Shown here in pieces: positions 57,601-64,000 of a DNA stretch of 64,000 nucleotides; position 1 is the stretch's first letter, and every line of letters begins with the position of its first letter. This stretch comes from Fimbriimonadia bacterium (GTDB taxonomy: Bacteria > Armatimonadota > Fimbriimonadia > Fimbriimonadales > JABRVX01), in NCBI GenBank assembly GCA_041483895.1, contig JBGPGO010000001.1, positions 384,001 to 448,000 of the forward strand, given 5' to 3'. A program made the translations under genes and the position numbers. The notes beneath the pieces were generated by a model. It saw only the letters and a program-made list of their open reading frames with translations. It ran no database searches and was not told where the DNA came from.

Positions 57601-58238
57601 GACTTTGGATCGCTATCTTTGCGTTAGTGCCATTGGCGGTCGGCGCGCAGACCGATCTGTCATGGAACACAATCGCCGGCGGCGGCGCGACGTATAGCAA
57701 CGGAGGGACCTATTCTCTGGGTGGCACCATTGGACAGGGTTCGGCGGGAACATTGTCAGGCGGCAGCTATTCTCTGACGGGCGGATTCTGGGCGGAAGCA
57801 AGAACGGGTCCCGTTACGCTGAAGGGCCATTGCACGCTCGGCAGCTTCAGCGGAAACCCGGCCGGCATCCCGATCACTATTCGAATCAAGAAAGGAGCGT
57901 CGATTCTCGAAACGGAGAATACGACTCTCGATGCATCGGGCAACTACCAGCTTGCGATCTACTTGACCGGCACAAATGATGTCGGGGCAAAGCCGTTTCA
58001 TTGGCTGTCCAAAAAGGTGGCGAACGTTCCGCTCTTCGGCTCAGTGACGCTCGATTTCGATTTCGCAATCAACGGCAACGCAAGTCTCAATGACTGTATC
58101 GATACATACGATCTCAATCTTGTCTTCCTGAATTATGGGACCGACGATCCCGCAACGGATTTCAATGGATCGGGTCAGGTAAACGTCGTGGATATGAACA
58201 TGGTCTTTATCGGCTTTACCCAGTGTGGAGAGTGGTAA
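57597..58238 (+). CDS. Secreted protein with WxTxxGGG...GGFW domain and dockerin-like C-terminus
   Basis: DLSWNTIAGGG..YSLGGTIGQ..YSLTGGFW; HWL..NG..D..DLN..DFNGSG.VN..D; ATGA coupling. Confidence 0.78.
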   Translation: MRLWIAIFALVPLAVGAQTDLSWNTIAGGGATYSNGGTYSLGGTIGQGSAGTLSGGSYSLTGGFWAEARTGPVTLKGHCTLGSFSGNPAGIPITIRIKKGASILETENTTLDASGNYQLAIYLTGTNDVGAKPFHWLSKKVANVPLFGSVTLDFDFAINGNASLNDCIDTYDLNLVFLNYGTDDPATDFNGSGQVNVVDMNMVFIGFTQCGEW

Positions 58239-58733
58239 TCACTTTGCGGAAACGTACGCGCCGATGCTCATCAACCTATGTGATCCGATAGCCAGACCTG
58301 GCAAGCACAGGTCTGGTATCGAATGTCTCTCCGTTTCACATGTGCGATAAAAGACCACATCAGTTGCAAATATTATGGCATGGGGCAAACTGACAATCAA
58401 GTCGGTTGTATTGTGTCTATGGATTTTATGACAGCAGATATGCCGAGCTGGCAGAAAGTTCGCGTGTCGATCCCTCCGTCTATATTTCCAAGCGCCCGCG
58501 TTGATTGTTCAACCAGGATGCATGGATTGCTCGTAGGCAGGTAGGTGGTCTTGCTGCAAACAAGATTGGGCCGTACTTTACAATTATCGAATACAAACTC
58601 GTTAACGTAGTGCTCGTCATCGCCTTGTTTGACTTTCCCCGTATCGGATAAACCTGACCGTTGCAATCGGCTGAATCATGTGGTATTAATTAAACGCCTA
58701 GCGAATAGGAATATTGGAGTAAGGGGGTCTGAT

Positions 58734-59387
58734 ATGATCCATCGAGCTTTGTCTCCGCGTGAGGAGGAAATTGTCGGATTGTCGGTCCAAGGGCTAACGA
58801 ATGACGCCATTGCCGACAAGCTTAGCTTGAGCGTCGGTACCGTCAACACCTATTGGCTGCGGATCCGGCTGAAAGTGGGTGGGGCGGGCCGCACCGACAC
58901 AGTCGCCAAAGTGATCACGGAACGAGCCGAACGGGCGCTGCGAGAGGCGAATGTCGAGCGGAAGGAGTTCGCGGCTCTTATCGCCTTGAAGGAGCAGTCT
59001 GTGCTGGACCTCCGTGCAGCCCTCGCGCTGCTGCGGCTTGCGATGGAGGAAATACGGTCTACCGTATGGGCCGCAGATAACGATCTACGGATACATGTGA
59101 TTGCCAACGGCGAGATGCCGGCGCTTCATAGCGGGGTCGCGTGGGAGTCAGGCAAGACGATTTACGAGATATTCCAGTCAGACGACCCGGCAGATCCTCC
59201 CATTAAGGCACATGAGCAGGCCCTAGGGGGCCTTGAGAGCAGCATTCGCCTGGCGGCCCCACTCGCCAACATGGTGCTGCGAGTGATCCCGTTGCGGGAC
59301 GAGACGGAGGACATCATGGGCTGCATCAGCATCTTGAACAGCATGGGGTCGGCAACTGAGCACCAGCTCCCACAAAAATCCGCCTGA
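58734..59387 (+). CDS. LuxR-type HTH regulator with coiled coil and PAS-like C-terminus
   Basis: LSPREEEIV..GLTNDAIADKLSLSVGTVNTY..RIRLK at the N-terminus; C-terminal GKTIYEIF...PLRD..DIMG. Confidence 0.82.
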   Translation: MIHRALSPREEEIVGLSVQGLTNDAIADKLSLSVGTVNTYWLRIRLKVGGAGRTDTVAKVITERAERALREANVERKEFAALIALKEQSVLDLRAALALLRLAMEEIRSTVWAADNDLRIHVIANGEMPALHSGVAWESGKTIYEIFQSDDPADPPIKAHEQALGGLESSIRLAAPLANMVLRVIPLRDETEDIMGCISILNSMGSATEHQLPQKSA

Positions 59388-59447
59388 CAAAGCCAGCTAG
59401 CTAGCACCCATATGGCCCGTTCCGTTCGCGTCGCACGCGCAGGACAC

Positions 59448-59600
59448 CTAAATGAGTTTCCGCCTTCCTTGGAGAAGGTTGATCACGACGACAGCGAGCG
59501 CCACGACCAATAGGATGTGGATAAGTCCGCCCATTGCATGCGCGGACACGAGGCCGAGAAACCACAAGATGACCAAAAAAACTGCGATAGTCCATAACAT
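59448..59600 (-). CDS. Lmo0937-family small membrane protein
   Basis: MLWTIAVFLVILWFLG...GGLIHILLVVA...LLQGRR. Confidence 0.85.
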   Translation of the reverse strand: MLWTIAVFLVILWFLGLVSAHAMGGLIHILLVVALAVVVINLLQGRRKLI

Positions 59601-59737
59601 GTCCACCAGCCTACACCTTCTCTCTAGAGAACGCAAGTCAGCCTTTATCTGTCTACATATATCCTGACAGCCAAAGAGACGACTTGCACCCTGCGCCAAG
59701 ACGCGCCACAGTGGGGTTAAGAAAAAGGTGACGAATA

Positions 59738-60205
59738 ATGAAATTCATTACGTATGTTTTGACAATTGCTCTCGCAACGGCAGCCTCGGTTGTATCGGCA
59801 CAGCAAATTCACGCGACGGTGGACGGCACAGCGCCCAACGGTTCGTACAACAGTGAGACGGTCGGCATGACAGCGATCCAGTACCCCATCGCGTTCGGTG
59901 GGAACTTCCTGTTCTATGTGTGGGGAGGCCCTCGTGCAGAGGCGCGAGCTATCACGATTGCGGGCCGGCTGGTCCGTGTCTTGACCGACACAACCCTCAC
60001 GCCCGCGGATGTGCATGTCGTCAGAGTCGCTCACACCGAGGCAGTAGTTTACGTCGGCAAAGTGCCGTTCGCAACGGCGACCAAGCACGATGCGGTCCTG
60101 AGTGGGATGACAAGCTTCGCAACGGCGAACCACTGGTCAGACCAGATCAAGCTCGTTATCAGCAACATCACAATGATTGCCGGCCCAGGTGAGACAGCAG
60201 ATTAG
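59738..60205 (+). CDS. Hypothetical secreted protein
   Basis: Signal peptide and AAGGTG SD; paralogous to the next locus. Confidence 0.6.
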   Translation: MKFITYVLTIALATAASVVSAQQIHATVDGTAPNGSYNSETVGMTAIQYPIAFGGNFLFYVWGGPRAEARAITIAGRLVRVLTDTTLTPADVHVVRVAHTEAVVYVGKVPFATATKHDAVLSGMTSFATANHWSDQIKLVISNITMIAGPGETAD

Positions 60206-60425
60206 GACAATGGTGTCCTTTTGAAATGCCCCTCACGCTTTGTGCCACGGACGGCACGAACGCGGGGGCTCTGCGCTATCAGAGCGGGTGACCGGTCCGT
60301 CGCAGATGCGTAATTTGGAGGCAAGTCAGCCCCTCTCTGTCCATCAACTTCCTGACAACAAAAGAGAAGACTCACCACCTGGGCCGTGACACGCGACAAT
60401 AAGATCAACAAGAGGAGGAACAGCT

Positions 60426-60967
60426 ATGAAAGCCATTCCGTATGTTCTGACAGTTGCTCTTGCCGTGACAGCCCCGGCTGTAGCGGTGCGACAGATTCGC
60501 GCAATGATGGGTGGCGCCGCGGTGGATATCTCTTGCGTCCAGCCGCTGATGGCGGCGGCATGCATATTGGCGCCGGATCGCTTCGTCAGAGAGGCGCTTG
60601 GCGCCCTAGGTAACTATGCGCAGACCGTGGCTATTTATACTTCCAGATTAATGCTCGCGGAAGTCAATCTGTCCGGCGATGGCACCACCGAAACTGGTAC
60701 CGTTCCGTACAAAAACGACGACATGATCGGCACGACGGCCATCCGGTACTCCATCGCAATCGGCGGTAACTTCCTGTCCTACGTGTGGGGAGGCCCCAAC
60801 GCGGAAGCACGGGCTATCTCGATTGCCGGCTGGCTGGTTCGTGTCGTAACGGACACGGTCCTGAATAGGACGACCTGTTTCCAGACGTCAACCACTGGGC
60901 AGACCAGATCAGGCTGGTTCTCAGCAACTTCACAATGAATGCCTGCCCCGGTGCGACAACAGATTAG
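60426..60967 (+). pseudogene. Frameshifted paralogue of 59738-60205 with a copper-amine-oxidase-N-like remnant
   Basis: Shares TAI.Y.IA.GGNFL.YVWGGP.AEARAI; deletion near 60860; the homologous end NHWADQIRLV...ATTD* is in another frame. Confidence 0.7.
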
Positions 60968-61406
60968 GATGATTGTGGACCACTAATGTCCTCACACCTG
61001 TGCCACGGACGGCACAAGCGTTGGGAGACCCTTGGCCGCGTGTGCCCTAGTGCCACCGCCTCACCGAAAAGCGCTCAAGCCGGACACGAAGTTTCCATAG
61101 CGTTGGACCGTAGTGTGTCGATGCGCGATGAACCCAATCCATCTCAGCCTAGACTTGAGCGACCCTGCCTAGCAAACGGCCAGGCGGCCGCGAACGGAAT
61201 CCCTCAGGGCGATTTCTCCCTTCACAATGTCTTCCTTCTGCCTTCACAATCCCCATTGTCAAGGGCCTTAATGTTCTTTTTCTCCCTTCACAATACCCAA
61301 TCCCTGTAGCCGTGGGTCAGCATGCAGATTGGCTTCTTGTGGATATAACCCAAGTGCCCGCAGCGTCGACAGGCAGGCGCGGGGCGACGATGGGCCCACC
61401 CACTTT

Positions 61407-61663
61407 TGTGTTGGGGTCTGAGGTGGTCGGCACTCCGTGGCAAGCGGCAGACGAGGACCCCAACACATCGCTGCCTTTCCACGCGCGGGAGAATCCATCA
61501 GAGAGCGAAGAAAACGCTACCCCTCCCCGATTTGCCGGGGTCCACATCTACTACTGCGTGGGGAAAAGCCGCTACCCTAGACCCCGGCACATCGGGATTC
61601 CGTGTTGGGTCTAGGTCCGGTCGAATTCGGCTAGGTTCTGCAACAGTGGACCCCAACACATCG
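61407..61663. repeat. Three family A hairpins (minus orientation)
   Basis: Units at about 61407-61469, 61532-61593 and 61601-61662, each ending GACCCCrrCACATC. Confidence 0.75.
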
Positions 61664-61708
61664 AGTGGTGAAAGCGACCGGTATGACTCCATCGGGTACG
61701 ATCTCAAT

Positions 61709-61993
61709 ATGTTTACGATGGATGATCAACACGTTCAAATCCGACTGCACAGGTTCTTGTCAGCCAAAGGTTCCAACACCGTCCCCAGCGTCAGGGATCC
61801 TGGGCAAGCTATACCGTTAGCCGACGTGAGTGACATAATGGCTGTCGCCCACGATGAAAGCATTCTGAAAGAGGTTTTCCGAGGCAAGCTGACCACTGAA
61901 GCAGGCGAACTGTTCGAGTCAGTACGCCCCCAGTTACAGTGTAAGGAACTCGTCAACGCGACTTCAGAGGAAGTGGAACAGTACTTTAGTTAA
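61709..61993 (+). CDS. Hypothetical protein (94 aa)
   Basis: TACGAT lies 6 nt before ATG 61709; the upstream extension in the ORF track is repeat-derived. Confidence 0.5.
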   Translation: MFTMDDQHVQIRLHRFLSAKGSNTVPSVRDPGQAIPLADVSDIMAVAHDESILKEVFRGKLTTEAGELFESVRPQLQCKELVNATSEEVEQYFS

Positions 61994-62080
61994 GCAACGG
62001 CACTGTCGAATCTTTGCCTTTCTCGTTGACCAATTGCGGAGTTTCGTCCGTCGCCTCCGCAACAGGATTCGCTGAGAAGC

Positions 62081-62575
62081 TCACTCTTTCAGTACTGATT
62101 TCAGGGACCGAAATAGGACAATTGCTGTCGCTATTGCCACCATCGCAAATCCACCATTTATGAGCAATCGATTTATCTCGCTGGGGGAAGTTGCCAGGTA
62201 GGCACTAGTGTCCCGCTCCCGCTCCTCACTAATTTGCTTCGCCACCTGGTTGAGTTCCCTATCGGCATCCACGTATCGCGCGTCCGATTCCGGTGGACCG
62301 CTTGGCAGACCCCGATAAGGGTCGCTTGCCAGATCCCGCCAAGGGTCGTTCTTATCTTCCGGTTCATTGATGATCCTGGTTCGAACCTCGGTTCTGCGAT
62401 CCAAAGCAGTCTGGAAACTGTGATCTCGAGCAGCTTCTCGCTTCCGAAACGCTGAAAGGTAAGACTGTCGCCCTGCATCATAGCGGAATTTGTATGCCTC
62501 TGATAAGACGATCGCGCCGGCGACGTACGATAGTGCGACGATCGCGATCACAGTGAGCGCCTTCGGATAAGTCAC
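62081..62575 (-). CDS. Hypothetical 2-TM membrane protein
   Basis: GGAGG SD and GTG start; TM segments at both ends. Confidence 0.55.
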   Translation of the reverse strand: MTYPKALTVIAIVALSYVAGAIVLSEAYKFRYDAGRQSYLSAFRKREAARDHSFQTALDRRTEVRTRIINEPEDKNDPWRDLASDPYRGLPSGPPESDARYVDADRELNQVAKQISEERERDTSAYLATSPSEINRLLINGGFAMVAIATAIVLFRSLKSVLKE

Positions 62576-62756
62576 TTCAGATTGACCTCCGGGCGGCACT
62601 CTCCCCATGGGATAAGCGTACTCAACACGGCGTCGGCGCTGATCAACTCGCCAACGCATTCGCTAAGATTCACGCGCTCACCTCGAATCTTGAACAACCT
62701 AGTAATGGTAGCACGATTCTGGTTCATATGGCGGCTGCCGGGACAATTCCCCATCT

Positions 62757-64000
62757 CTACTCCAAATCCGTCTGCGCGCGGGTGATGGCGCGGATGACCG
62801 CCTCGGCCTTGCTGCGGCATTCCTGCCACTCGCGCGAAGGATCGGAATCGGCCACAATTCCGGCGCCCGCCTGCACATGCGCGATGCCGTCTTTCAGCAC
62901 AACCGAACGGATGTTGATACACATATCCATATCCCCCCCATAGCCGATATAGCCCACCGCGCCGGAATATGGACCGCGCCGCGACACCTCTAACTCGTCG
63001 ATAATCTCCATCGCCCGGATCTTCGGCGCGCCGGACACCGTGCCCGCCGGAAATGTGGCGCGCAACAGATCGAACGCGTCCGCATCATCCACCAATGTCC
63101 CGGTCACGTCGGACACGATGTGCATTACGTGTGAGTATCGCTCCACATACATCAGCTTGTTCACCGTCACCGTGCCGAACTCGCACGCGCGGCCCAGATC
63201 GTTGCGGCCGAGGTCCACCAACATCAGGTGCTCCGCGCGCTCCTTTTCGTCCGCCATCAGCTCGGCGGCCAGGCGCTCGTCTTCCTCGAAATTATCTCCG
63301 CGGGGGCGCGTGCCGGCGATCGGGCGGACAGTGGCGGTGGTACCCTGCAGCGTGACCAAAACTTCCGGCGAGCCGCCGATCACCTGCACATCGTCGCAGT
63401 TGAGCAGAAACATGTAGGGCGAAGGATTGACCGCCCGAATCGCGCGATAAATGTTAATGGGGGCCGCCGAAACGGGTGCGCTGAACCGCTGGGAGATCAC
63501 CATCTGCACGCCATCCCCGGCTTCTATATACTCTTTGGTCCGCAGCACCGCCGCCTCGTACGCGTCCCGCGACATGTTGGCGGTGAACGTCGGCTCTCCC
63601 CCGGCGATGGGTGGCAAATCCGGCAGCGGGGCTCTGAGCAGGGAGACAATCCGCTCGATGTCCGCGCACGCCCATTCGTACTCGCCGGTCTGGGCGTTGA
63701 CAATGATCTGCATGTTCCGCTTGGCATGGTCGAACGCCACAACCGCATCGCACAGCATCATGCAGCAGTCCGGCGCGTCCAGATCATCCGGGTTTCCGTC
63801 CGGCAGCTTCTCGATGAATCGGACCATATCGTAGGACAAAAACCCCACTGCCCCGCCGACGAACGGGGGCATGGCCGGGTCCTCAACCTGCGGCTCGCCC
63901 AACAGCCGGTGGAGGGCCGTCAGCGGGTCGCCATCCACCGGTGACCACACCCCGTCCCTCATCACTTTGACTGCTTGTCCTTTGGTCCACAAAACCGCGC
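62757..64000 (-). CDS. trpE: Anthranilate synthase component I, 5' end outside the window
   Basis: GGAVG..SYD, NPSPYM, SPE, PIAGTR.RG, EHLMLVDLGRND, FPAGTVSGAPK and QAGAGIVADS motifs. Confidence 0.95.
   Translation of the reverse strand, partial: AVLWTKGQAVKVMRDGVWSPVDGDPLTALHRLLGEPQVEDPAMPPFVGGAVGFLSYDMVRFIEKLPDGNPDDLDAPDCCMMLCDAVVAFDHAKRNMQIIVNAQTGEYEWACADIERIVSLLRAPLPDLPPIAGGEPTFTANMSRDAYEAAVLRTKEYIEAGDGVQMVISQRFSAPVSAAPINIYRAIRAVNPSPYMFLLNCDDVQVIGGSPEVLVTLQGTTATVRPIAGTRPRGDNFEEDERLAAELMADEKERAEHLMLVDLGRNDLGRACEFGTVTVNKLMYVERYSHVMHIVSDVTGTLVDDADAFDLLRATFPAGTVSGAPKIRAMEIIDELEVSRRGPYSGAVGYIGYGGDMDMCINIRSVVLKDGIAHVQAGAGIVADSDPSREWQECRSKAEAVIRAITRAQTDLE

Noticed and set aside
61406..61708. 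N-terminal half of the 195-aa ORF 61406-61993
   Set aside because: Translated repeat DNA; the better start is 61709.

Overview
Bacterial chromosomal window, GC-rich. The lineage is probably Armatimonadota or a similar diderm Terrabacteria group; this is inferred from the PEP-CTERM proteins, DUF1559-type pilin-like proteins, dockerin-like C-termini, DUF881 after ftsQ, and MlaE. Bases 1-14.9 kb carry a minus-strand dcw cluster (mraZ-rsmH-ftsL-ftsI-murE-murF-mraY-murD-ftsW-murG-murC/ddl fusion-ftsQ-DUF881) with MraZ boxes upstream. Then come acs and an accessory patch (DUF4393, lipoprotein, orphan HicB, DUF433 with an internally deleted toxin), followed by a promoter driving a candidate structured ncRNA. 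Housekeeping genes include hisN, a pabB-pabC fusion carrying an in-frame palindromic insertion, pyrF, mutS2, cdd and trpE. Other loci are three PEP-CTERM proteins, an isobutyryl-CoA-mutase-like large subunit followed by a B12-binding/MeaB fusion (a 'split IcmF' layout), a Doc TA pair, two sugar isomerases, an AAA ATPase, and a GVYG-repeat fibre with a dockerin-like partner. The best candidate for an undescribed system is a four-gene A-B-A'-B' operon of secreted cohesin-like plus dockerin-like paralogues (44.9-49.1 kb), bracketed by direct composite repeats. Several families of short palindromic repeats are spread through the window. No CRISPR array, rRNA, tRNA, integrase or transposase was recognised. 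Family assignments come from motif recognition by eye, not from database searches.
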